64,000 nucleotides of DNA from Alphaproteobacteria bacterium (GTDB lineage: Bacteria; Pseudomonadota; Alphaproteobacteria; RF32; CAG-239): contig SUUJ01000003.1 in assembly GCA_015062585.1 (NCBI GenBank), positions 101,774 through 165,773 on the forward strand, in the 5' to 3' direction. The notes under the pieces were generated by a model, which was not told the DNA's origin, ran no database searches, and was given only the letters and a program-made list of their open reading frames with translations. The translations under genes and the position numbers were made by a program. Of the stretch, positions 1-8,535 are shown in pieces. Position 1 is the first letter of the stretch. Each line of letters begins with the position of its first letter.

Positions 1-8
1 CGTAATGC

Positions 9-141
9 ACAAAAAAACTCGGAGAATAGTACAGATAGAGCGATTTCTAGGAGAGACAAAAATTTTAGCGTACAAATAGCTACGTGAATTTTTGGCTACT
101 CCGTAAAATCGCTCTAGATGTGCTGTTATACGAGTTTTTTA
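9..141 (+). repeat. Copy 1 of a ~130-bp intergenic repeat family resembling Rickettsia palindromic elements (RPE-like); its 3' end coincides with the hydA stop codon
   Basis: Aligns with copies at 12926-13058 and 19242-19366 through the blocks aaaaa(a/t)(c/t)cgga(g/t)aat(a/g)ag ... aaaaatttt(a/g)ag ... gtacaaa ... gtac(a/g)tgaattttt ... gctctaga ... tta(t/g)acga(a/g)ttttt. Contains an internal 11-bp perfect inverted repeat: tagagcgattt at 36-46 pairs with aaatcgctcta at 106-116. Confidence 0.6.
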
Positions 142-1923
142 TTTGTAGACATCACGCTGACGATACTTAGTATGCAGCAATTCGTGGGATTTATGACCAC
201 CTGCTTCACCAAGAAATTCGTCATATAACTTCTTGATTGATTCGTTGTGATGTGACAAACGATTCTTAGCTTGAGTATCTTCGGTGTTCAAACCTTTTGA
301 ACGAAGTTTTCTGACCTCGTCGGTAATACCCCAAGGTTTTTCCATATGTTGCATCATAACTTTTGGCTGACCGCCACCGGAAATACATCCGCCGGGGCAA
401 GCCATAACTTCGATAAAGTGATATGGAAGTTCTTCACCTGCTTCTTGAGCGGCTCTGATATTATCCATAACTTCTTCAACATTGCCTACACCATTAACCA
501 CAGCAATACGAACCTTTGTACCGTTGATATCAACTTCGGCAACTTTTACAGCTTCCAAACCTTCGATAGCCTCAAAGTTTAGCTGACCGAGTTCTTTTCC
601 GGTAATATAGAAGTATGCTGTACGCAAAGCAGCTGTCATCACACCGCCTGTAACACCAAAGATTGTAGCGGCACCGGAATATTCGCCCAAAGGACTATCG
701 GCAGGCTCATCTTTCAATGCCTTAAAGTTAATGCCGGCTTGACGAATCATTTTGGCCAATTCACGAGTAGTCAAAACAACATCAACATCTTGATAGCCTG
801 ATGATGACATGGTTTCATGGCGTCTTACTTCCCATTTTTTGGCGGTACAAGGCATAATAGATACAACTTTTACCTTAGACGCATCCAAGCCCATTTTTTG
901 TGCATAGTAAGTTTTTGCCAAAGCACCGACCATTTGGTGAGGTGACTTACAAGATGACAAGTTCGGCAGGTTTTCAGGATAATATTTTTCAATATAATCA
1001 ACCCATGCCGGACAGCAAGATGTAAACATCGGCAAATTGTCATTATTGGTAAAGCGTTTCACAAATTCAGAAGCTTCTTCAATAATTGTCAAATCAGCTC
1101 CAAAGTTTGTATCAAACACTTTGTTAAAGCCAAGTCTTCTCAAAGCGGCATAGATTTTTTCGGTCAAGTTTGCGCCAAACTCATAACCAAACTCTTCACC
1201 CAAAGCCACTCTTACAGCCGGAGCAATTTGAACAACGGTAACGGTTTCGGGATTTTTAATCATATCCCAAACTTTTTGTGTTTCGTCATATTCAACAATT
1301 GCACCTGTCGGACAGTGAACAGCACATTGACCGCATTTGATACATGGGCTGTCGGCAAGTTTGGTATCGTTAGCACCGGTGATTTTAGTTGCCAAACCAC
1401 GATTTAAATAACTCAATGCCCAAACATTTTGTTCATTTTGGCAGATATCGACACAACGACCGCAAACAATACATTTTGACGGATCCAAAACAATCGATTG
1501 TGTAGAATCATCCAACTCGTCATCTTCAACGATTTTTTGAATCTCGTCGCGATCAACACCCATATGCATTGCCATATCTTGCAATTCACATTGACCGCTT
1601 CTGGCACATTTCAAACAATCATTAGGGTGATTACTCAAAATAAGTTCCAACACGGTTTTTCTGGTTTCGAACAATTCATCATCATTGGTAATAACTTCCA
1701 TACCTTCGCCAACCGGAGTACAGCAAGAACGGATAATGCGACCGTTAACCTTAACAATACACATACCGCAACCTGCTGATGGGTCAACATCAGGGTGTTT
1801 ACACAATGTCGGAATATTTATCTGAACCTTGCGAGCAGCCTCCAAAATACTGGTACCGGCTTCAACTTCAACTTCCATATTATCAATTTTAAGCTTAACC
1901 ATATTATTTCTCCTCTGCATCAA
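139..1923 (-). CDS. hydA: [FeFe]-hydrogenase catalytic subunit (HydA/HndD-like, M3-type). N-terminal 2Fe-2S ferredoxin-like domain, a His-ligated 4Fe-4S site, two 4Fe-4S ferredoxin motifs and the H-cluster domain.
   Basis: H-cluster signature motifs are present: FTSCCPAWV (L1, TSCCP), MPCTAKKWE (L2, MPCxxK) and EVMACPGGCISGGGQP (L3, ExMxCxxGCxxGG). Also CIVCGRCVDIC and CIKCGQCAVHCP (2x 4Fe-4S), HPNDCLKCARSGQC, and an N-terminal CGMC 2Fe-2S motif. 594 aa. Confidence 0.9.
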   Translation of the reverse strand: MMQRRNNMVKLKIDNMEVEVEAGTSILEAARKVQINIPTLCKHPDVDPSAGCGMCIVKVNGRIIRSCCTPVGEGMEVITNDDELFETRKTVLELILSNHPNDCLKCARSGQCELQDMAMHMGVDRDEIQKIVEDDELDDSTQSIVLDPSKCIVCGRCVDICQNEQNVWALSYLNRGLATKITGANDTKLADSPCIKCGQCAVHCPTGAIVEYDETQKVWDMIKNPETVTVVQIAPAVRVALGEEFGYEFGANLTEKIYAALRRLGFNKVFDTNFGADLTIIEEASEFVKRFTNNDNLPMFTSCCPAWVDYIEKYYPENLPNLSSCKSPHQMVGALAKTYYAQKMGLDASKVKVVSIMPCTAKKWEVRRHETMSSSGYQDVDVVLTTRELAKMIRQAGINFKALKDEPADSPLGEYSGAATIFGVTGGVMTAALRTAYFYITGKELGQLNFEAIEGLEAVKVAEVDINGTKVRIAVVNGVGNVEEVMDNIRAAQEAGEELPYHFIEVMACPGGCISGGGQPKVMMQHMEKPWGITDEVRKLRSKGLNTEDTQAKNRLSHHNESIKKLYDEFLGEAGGHKSHELLHTKYRQRDVYK

Positions 1924-3577
1924 CTAATTTATCTAAATATTCATTCTCGTAGAAATTCAGGGTAGACAATACCGGATTAGGAGCAGTTTGACCAAGTCCG
2001 CAAAGCGAAGCTTTTTTCATTGCCGAAGCAATTTTTTTCAACTGTTCCAAATCAGCTTTTGTGCCTTTGCCTTTGTTGATTTTATCCAACAAATTGAGCA
2101 TTTGCTTACCACCGATTCGACAAGGAGAACATTTTCCGCAAGACTCATCTACGGTAAAGTCTAAATAGAACTTAGCTAATGATACCATATCTGAAGAATC
2201 ATCAATAACTATCATACCGCCCGAACCCATAATAGAACCGATTTTTTTCAACTCTTCATAGCATACCGGCATATTCATATAACTTTCCGGAATCACGCCA
2301 CCTGACGGTCCACCTGACTGTACGGCTTTTAATTTTTTGCCATTCGGTACACCACCACCGATTTCATTAACGATTTCGTTAATTGTAGTACCCATCGGAA
2401 CTTCAATCAATCCGGAGTGTTCAACTTGACCGGTCAAAGCAAAAACTTTGGTACCTTTAGATGTTTCTGTACCGAAAGATGCAAACCAATCAGCACCTTT
2501 AAGCAAAATTTTTGACACATTAGCCAAAGTTTCAACATTGTTAACACAAGACGGTTTGCCCCACAAACCTTTGTTTGTCGGATAAGGAGGTCTTGGTCTC
2601 GGAGTACCTCTGGCGCCTTCAATTGAGTGAATCAAAGCAGTTTCTTCACCGCAAACAAATGCACCGGCACCAAGTCTGATGTCAATATTAAAGCAGAAAT
2701 CTGTTCCCATAATATTGTTACCGAGCAAGCGATTCTTTTTACAAGCTTTGATAGCTTTTTCCAATCTTTCAACAGCTAAAGGATATTCGGCACGAACATA
2801 GAACCATCCTTCTGTTGCTCCGATTGCATAAGCAGCTATCATCATACCTTCAATAACGGCGTGCGGATCTCCCTCTAAGATTGAACGATCCATATAGGCA
2901 CCGGGGTCACCTTCATCACCGTTACAGATAATAAATTTTTCATCTATAGTCGGAACTTTGGCAGCCAACTCCCATTTCATACCGGTAGAAAAACCACCGC
3001 CACCGCGACCGCGCAAACCAGATTTTTTAATTTCTTCAACAACCTGAGCCGGTGTCATATTTTTCAAAGCTTTTTCCAAAGCCAAATAACCGCCTCTTGC
3101 CATATATTCTTGAATATCTTCAGGGTCAATATGACCGGCATTCTTCAAAACAACTTTTTCTTGTTTGGTAAAGAAAGGCAAATCTAAAGACAATACATAT
3201 TGCTGAACTTCTTGAGGAACGGCAAAAGGCTCATCGCTTTCGATTGCCGGCAATACATATTTATCCATAATATTTTGTACAGCTTCCAAATCAACGCGTT
3301 TGAACAACACATCTTTTTGCCCTTTGATTTCCACTCTGATAAGAGGTCCCTGAGCACAAAGCCCCATACATCCTGTTGCCACGATTCTTATTTTGTCTTC
3401 AACCTGTTTTTCGGCAATCACATTTTTCATCAAATCAAGGATACCATCACTGCCTGATGATTTACAACCTGTTGAATGACAACAATAAATACTGCATTTA
3501 TATTTTTCAATTTCTGCAAGCTTAGTTTCAGCTATGGCATGAATATCAAATCTTTTATCCAAATCTATTTCGGCCAT
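1904..3577 (-). CDS. hydB: NADH-binding flavoprotein subunit of the hydrogenase (NuoF/51-kDa family, HydB/HndC-like) with an N-terminal thioredoxin-like 2Fe-2S domain
   Basis: GLRGRGGGGFSTGMKWE (NuoF FMN/NADH motif); C-terminal ESCGKCSPCRIGG (NuoF 4Fe-4S); N-terminal CCHSTGC...GCMGLC. Overlaps the hydA start by 20 nt, indicating an operon. Confidence 0.85.
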   Translation of the reverse strand: MAEIDLDKRFDIHAIAETKLAEIEKYKCSIYCCHSTGCKSSGSDGILDLMKNVIAEKQVEDKIRIVATGCMGLCAQGPLIRVEIKGQKDVLFKRVDLEAVQNIMDKYVLPAIESDEPFAVPQEVQQYVLSLDLPFFTKQEKVVLKNAGHIDPEDIQEYMARGGYLALEKALKNMTPAQVVEEIKKSGLRGRGGGGFSTGMKWELAAKVPTIDEKFIICNGDEGDPGAYMDRSILEGDPHAVIEGMMIAAYAIGATEGWFYVRAEYPLAVERLEKAIKACKKNRLLGNNIMGTDFCFNIDIRLGAGAFVCGEETALIHSIEGARGTPRPRPPYPTNKGLWGKPSCVNNVETLANVSKILLKGADWFASFGTETSKGTKVFALTGQVEHSGLIEVPMGTTINEIVNEIGGGVPNGKKLKAVQSGGPSGGVIPESYMNMPVCYEELKKIGSIMGSGGMIVIDDSSDMVSLAKFYLDFTVDESCGKCSPCRIGGKQMLNLLDKINKGKGTKADLEQLKKIASAMKKASLCGLGQTAPNPVLSTLNFYENEYLDKLVDAEEK

Positions 3578-3579
3578 TA

Positions 3580-4053
3580 TTAGTTCTCCTCAAAAGTTTT
3601 GCGCCATTCATCCAAAATAACCGGAACATCATCCGGAGTAACACGGCCATAAGTTTTACCGTTCACCACGCAAACAGGTGCCAAACCGCAACATCCTACA
3701 CAACGCACACTTTGTAAGTGGAACAATTTGTCAGGTGTACTTTCGCCTTCTTCAACACCGAGTTCTTGTTTAAATCTTTCCAAAACCTTGTCATTACCTT
3801 TCAAATAACAAGCTGTACCGGTACATACTGATATCACAGCCTTACCCGGAGCTTCCAATTTGAAAAAGTTATAAAAAGTTAAAACCTCATAGATTCTGGC
3901 CAAAGGAATATTCATTCCCAAAGCCACATCAACGGCATCTTGCCAATCGATATATCCTTTAACGCCTTGAATTTCATGCAAAGCCATAATTAAAGACCCG
4001 CGCTTTTTACGCCATTTATTGGCTGTTTGCGCTGCTTGAGAAACATCAACCAT
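3580..4053 (-). CDS. hydC: NuoE/24-kDa-like thioredoxin-fold 2Fe-2S subunit of the hydrogenase (HydC/HndA-like)
   Basis: Cys motifs CTGTACYLKG and CVGCCGLAPV are typical of the NuoE family. 157 aa. Lies 2 nt upstream of hydB on the same strand. Confidence 0.8.
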   Translation of the reverse strand: MVDVSQAAQTANKWRKKRGSLIMALHEIQGVKGYIDWQDAVDVALGMNIPLARIYEVLTFYNFFKLEAPGKAVISVCTGTACYLKGNDKVLERFKQELGVEEGESTPDKLFHLQSVRCVGCCGLAPVCVVNGKTYGRVTPDDVPVILDEWRKTFEEN

Positions 4054-4221
4054 AATTTTCTCCCTGTTGTAACAATGTTCATCAAAAATGATAAAGAATT
4101 TGTTTTTGTTTTCAAGATAATAATTAGTTGCTACACCAAATTATTATGAATATTCACAAAATTGAAACCAAACACCACAAAAAACTTTAAATATAAAATA
4201 AAACTATTATAATCGCCCCTT
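4054..4221. promoter_or_regulatory. Divergent intergenic region that should carry the promoters of the hydCBA operon and of the lptFG-lptD-surA-ksgA cluster
   Basis: 168-bp AT-rich non-coding gap between divergently oriented start codons. No specific operator motif was identified with confidence. Confidence 0.3.
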
Positions 4222-5349
4222 ATGAAAAAGCTAAATTTATATATAACCAAACAAATAATTATCGGTTTTTTACTGGTAAGTTTTTCTTTGATGTCAATCA
4301 TTTGGTTGTCACAATCATTGCGATTCCTTGATATGATAGCCTCAGACGGCATATCTGTTTCTGTGTTTGTAAAACTTACATCTTTACTTATGCCTCGCAT
4401 TTTTTCGATTCTTGCACCGATTTCATTATTTGCCGCCGTTTTGTTTGTATATAATCGCATGCTTGCCGATCAAGAGCTTGTAGTTATGAAATCGGCCGGC
4501 ATCAGCCCGTGGCAACTTGCTCAACCGGCCATTTGGGTAGGCATCCTTTTGATGTTTTTTAATATTTGGGTTATGAATTACGGAACACCAAAAGCTGAGA
4601 TTGCCTTCAAAAATTTGCAATGGAAAGTAAGAAACAATGTTTCTCACCTTATGCTTCGTGAAGGAGAATTTACCAACTTGCAAAAAGACAAAAACTTAAC
4701 CATTTTTGTTACCTCACACGAAGATGACGACACCGTCAGCGGTATTTTAATCAACGATGAACGCAATCCCGAAAAACGCTCTACCATTACTGCCGAAAAA
4801 GGCGTTATTGTTACCACCGCTTCCGGTCCGCGCATAATATTAGTTAACGGCACACACCAAGAACTAACCAAAAACAACGGTCGTTTTTCTTCTGTTAACT
4901 TTGAAAGATATTCGGTTGATTTCGGACTAAAAGGTACTCAATCTCGCAAGAAAGATTCAGCAAGAACTCATTCTTTTTCCGAACTCATCACCGCTCTTGA
5001 TAATCAATCATTGTCACCGCAAGACCAAAAAAAATGGTTTGTTGAAGGAAACAAACGCATAACATCACCCATATTGGCAGTTTTATATTCTCTACTGGCC
5101 TGTTGCGGTATTCTAATAAGCAATTTTAACCGTCGCGGACAAACCAAAACCATTGCCATAGCATTGTCTTCGGTAGTGTTAATCCAAGCTATTGATCTGA
5201 TATCAGGCAACATCGCATCAAAACATTTGTATTTATTACCGCTTATGTATGCCAATACTTTGTTGCCGTTGATTTTCTGCATCGTTGTACTGTTAAACCA
5301 AAATATTTTATCTGTTTTCAAACCCAAATCCGGAGAAGCCAATGCATAA
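4222..5349 (+). CDS. LptF/LptG-family LPS export permease (YjgP/YjgQ)
   Basis: 375-aa polytopic membrane protein of the same architecture as LptF/LptG (N-terminal TM bundle, periplasmic beta-jellyroll region, C-terminal TMs). Immediately upstream of lptD and overlapping it by 8 nt. Confidence 0.7.
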   Translation: MKKLNLYITKQIIIGFLLVSFSLMSIIWLSQSLRFLDMIASDGISVSVFVKLTSLLMPRIFSILAPISLFAAVLFVYNRMLADQELVVMKSAGISPWQLAQPAIWVGILLMFFNIWVMNYGTPKAEIAFKNLQWKVRNNVSHLMLREGEFTNLQKDKNLTIFVTSHEDDDTVSGILINDERNPEKRSTITAEKGVIVTTASGPRIILVNGTHQELTKNNGRFSSVNFERYSVDFGLKGTQSRKKDSARTHSFSELITALDNQSLSPQDQKKWFVEGNKRITSPILAVLYSLLACCGILISNFNRRGQTKTIAIALSSVVLIQAIDLISGNIASKHLYLLPLMYANTLLPLIFCIVVLLNQNILSVFKPKSGEANA

Positions 5350-7606
5350 AAAATTACTTCTGATTGGTTTTTCAACTATTGCTTTTATGGCTGTTGCAAA
5401 TGCTGAAAACAGCGGTGTAATTGCATTAGATACAAAAAAGACCATTGAAGAAACCAAACACGAAGCTCCGGCAAAACTGGAACCCAAATACAACATTACA
5501 AATGTATTGAGCCGACAAACAACCTCATCTGACGAGGAAGAGAATATTGATATTTATTTTTCTGCCGACGAACTGGTAAACAATTCCTCTGATAACACCG
5601 TGGTTGCAACCGGCAATGTTGAAATTATACGCCAAGACATTACCGTAAAAGCCGACAAAGTTACATACAATCAGGCAACTGATCATATTATAGCCACCGG
5701 CAATGTAATTCTTTTGGAAAAAAACGGCAATGTTGTTTTTGCTGATGAGGTAAACTTAAAAGACAAAATTCAGCAAGCCGATGTCGAAAACATAAAAGTT
5801 ATTTTGCTTGATAAAACAAGATTGGCCGCCAAAAGTTTTCACAAAAAAAGTGACGATACCAAGGTTTTACGCAATGTCGTTTACACCCCTTGCGATAACT
5901 GTCAGGGAGAATCTCCTCTTTGGCAAATGAAGGCGCTAAAAGTGATACACGACACCAAAGGTCAAAATATTGATTATCAAAATGCTTTTTTGGAAATTAA
6001 GGGTGTGCCGGTTTTTTATACACCTTATTTTTCCCATCCGGATCCGTCGGTCAAACATCGTTCGGGATTTTTGTTTCCGCGTCTTGCCAGTAACAATTAT
6101 TTAGGTGCTTCAATTCAACCTCAATATTTTTGGGATATATCCGAACACCAAAATATTATATACAATCCAATTATATCATCTGAAAAGGGCATTATTCATT
6201 CTGCTATTTACCACAAATATTTTTATCGCGGTGAAGTAAATGCCTCCGGTTCTATAATGCAAGATGATGATTATGACGGCCAAGACAAAACCCGAGGAAA
6301 TTTATTTTTACAAGGCCGCTATGAGTTGAATAATTATTGGGTTGCCGACACCGATATAAACTATGTCTCTGACAGCAACTATCTCAAAGATTTGGATATG
6401 CCTAAAAAGGACGATCCTTGGCTGACATCTCGCGTAAGACTTCAAGCTTTTGATAACCGTAATTACGCTTCTGTCGAAGGCTATTATTACGACTTTTTGA
6501 GTTATGAGCTGCGAGGAAAAGATGCTCCTTATGTACTTCCGCTAATGAGCTATGAAAATATTTCAACACCGAACAAATACGGTTTATATGCCAAAACTAC
6601 CTTAAGTACGGCTTCTGTTTATCATGACGACCAAGATGACATGGCATCACACCGCCTTTCAATGATAAATTCTTGGAACTTACCATATAACAGCCCGTTT
6701 GGTGAAAAATATAATTTGATAGCCCAAGTAAAATCTGATCTTTATTACATTGATCAATACAAAACTATCAATAATCAAGAATATACCGGCTCTACTGCCC
6801 GTATATTTCCTCAGTTGGGCTTAGAATGGCGTATGCCTTTTATCAAAAATACTCAAAACACTTCGCAAATTTTAGAGCCTATTGTTGTAGCCGCCATAGC
6901 ACCTAATGACAGCAACAAAGAAAACAAAATTCCTAACGAAGACAGTGATTATATCAATGTAACCGATGTCAACATCTTTGATTTGGACCGCTATTCCGGA
7001 TACGACCGAAATGACACCGGAAGTCGTGTCAGCTATGGCTTAAACTGGAGCGTTTATAATAAAACTTGGGGCCGATCAGCCTTGTTATTAGCTCAAACTT
7101 ACGAATTTGATAAAAAAGAAAACATTTTCAACCGCCCCGGCGAAGAAAACAATTTTTCGGATTATGTCGGTCGCATTTACTCCAGTCCGACAGACTACTT
7201 TTCTTTAATTTATCGTTTCAGACTTGATAAAGATGATTACGACATCAATTATAATGAATTATCTTCTGTCATCGGAAGCGATGTCCTAAAATTTACAACA
7301 TCGTATATTTTCTTTCCTGAAACAGACGAAAATTCTATCATAAACAATTATCGACGCAAAGAAATATATGCAAGCGTAAAGACAAAACTTACTCGCAACT
7401 GGAATGCCGAAGTTTTCGTTCGTCAGGATTTGGAAAGCCAAGAACCCATATCTAGGGGCGGAAGCTTAATTTACGAAGATGAATGTGCCGAATTTTCATT
7501 CAGTGCCGAAAAGGAATATTCCGACGACCCTGAAGCTGAGGATGAAGGCATCGAATTTTACTTTAACTTCTTCTTAAAAACACTTGGTGGAACAAGTAGA
7601 CATTAG
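5342..7606 (+). CDS. lptD: LPS-assembly outer-membrane protein LptD (OstA)
   Basis: 754 aa with a signal peptide. N-terminal OstA-like domain followed by a large beta-barrel. Conserved lptD-surA-ksgA order. Confidence 0.85.
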   Translation: MHKKLLLIGFSTIAFMAVANAENSGVIALDTKKTIEETKHEAPAKLEPKYNITNVLSRQTTSSDEEENIDIYFSADELVNNSSDNTVVATGNVEIIRQDITVKADKVTYNQATDHIIATGNVILLEKNGNVVFADEVNLKDKIQQADVENIKVILLDKTRLAAKSFHKKSDDTKVLRNVVYTPCDNCQGESPLWQMKALKVIHDTKGQNIDYQNAFLEIKGVPVFYTPYFSHPDPSVKHRSGFLFPRLASNNYLGASIQPQYFWDISEHQNIIYNPIISSEKGIIHSAIYHKYFYRGEVNASGSIMQDDDYDGQDKTRGNLFLQGRYELNNYWVADTDINYVSDSNYLKDLDMPKKDDPWLTSRVRLQAFDNRNYASVEGYYYDFLSYELRGKDAPYVLPLMSYENISTPNKYGLYAKTTLSTASVYHDDQDDMASHRLSMINSWNLPYNSPFGEKYNLIAQVKSDLYYIDQYKTINNQEYTGSTARIFPQLGLEWRMPFIKNTQNTSQILEPIVVAAIAPNDSNKENKIPNEDSDYINVTDVNIFDLDRYSGYDRNDTGSRVSYGLNWSVYNKTWGRSALLLAQTYEFDKKENIFNRPGEENNFSDYVGRIYSSPTDYFSLIYRFRLDKDDYDINYNELSSVIGSDVLKFTTSYIFFPETDENSIINNYRRKEIYASVKTKLTRNWNAEVFVRQDLESQEPISRGGSLIYEDECAEFSFSAEKEYSDDPEAEDEGIEFYFNFFLKTLGGTSRH

Positions 7607-7629
7607 TTCATTATAAAAGGAGCAAACCT

Positions 7630-8532
7630 ATGAAACATCTAATAAAGGGACTTTTATTCTGTTTGATGATTATAAGCAATGCTTACGCAAACAATTTTAA
7701 TATCGTCGCTTTAATCAATGGTGATATAATTTCCAGTGAAGATATCCAAGACCAAGTAGATATCTTTATGCTAAATTCTCCTGTTCCTTATAACGAAGAA
7801 ACCAAAGATATGATAACACATCGTGTTATGGCGCAAACCATTGAACAAAAATTAAAACTTCAAGCCGCCGAGAAAGAAAACATCAAAATCAACGATGCCG
7901 ATATCGAAAAGCAAATGCAACTTTGGGCCAAAAAGAACAATACCACCGTATCAGGATTAAAAAACAAAAACATCAATCTTGCAGCTTTGTCAGACAATCT
8001 TAAGGCCGAATTAGCGTGGGTTAAATTGGTACGCAAAAAGTTTTTTCAAACAACTCATATCACCCAAAAAGAGATAAACCAAACAATTGACGAAGTTACC
8101 AAAGATATGGGTATCAAAAAATATCAGGTCTTAGAAATATACTTAAAAAAAGAAAACGCTAAAGATATCAATACCTTAGTTGAAAAACTACGCGAAGACC
8201 CGCGTTTTGAACTATACGCAGCTCGATTTTCCGACGCTCCTTCAGCCGCAAATGGTGGTAATTTGGGCTGGATAAATTCCGGTAAAATGCTCTCAGCCTT
8301 AGAAATGAGATTAAACTCTATGCAACCGGGAGAAGTAAGTGACGCCATTCAAATCGGCAACGGCTATTACATCTTAAAATTGCTTCAAGTTTTCGATCCT
8401 AAGAAAAACCCGGATTTTAAACCCAATCAGCAAGAAATTAAAAACCTGCTTGAAAATCAAAAAATGGAAGCCATTTCCAAAAGAATGCTTCAGGATATAA
8501 AACAAAAAGCCATCATTGAAGTAAAAGGCTAG
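7630..8532 (+). CDS. surA: Periplasmic chaperone / parvulin-type peptidyl-prolyl isomerase SurA-like
   Basis: Signal peptide. C-terminal PpiC/parvulin domain (GGNLGWINSGKMLSALE ... GYYILKL). Position between lptD and ksgA. Confidence 0.75.
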   Translation: MKHLIKGLLFCLMIISNAYANNFNIVALINGDIISSEDIQDQVDIFMLNSPVPYNEETKDMITHRVMAQTIEQKLKLQAAEKENIKINDADIEKQMQLWAKKNNTTVSGLKNKNINLAALSDNLKAELAWVKLVRKKFFQTTHITQKEINQTIDEVTKDMGIKKYQVLEIYLKKENAKDINTLVEKLREDPRFELYAARFSDAPSAANGGNLGWINSGKMLSALEMRLNSMQPGEVSDAIQIGNGYYILKLLQVFDPKKNPDFKPNQQEIKNLLENQKMEAISKRMLQDIKQKAIIEVKG

Positions 8533-8535
8533 GCT

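Noticed and set aside
4054-4221. FNR/CRP-like palindrome in the hyd-lpt divergent region (ttcATCAAaaaTGATaaag)
   Set aside because: The half-sites are in the ATCA...TGAT orientation rather than TTGAT...ATCAA, and the spacing is 3 nt rather than 4. It does not convincingly match the consensus.
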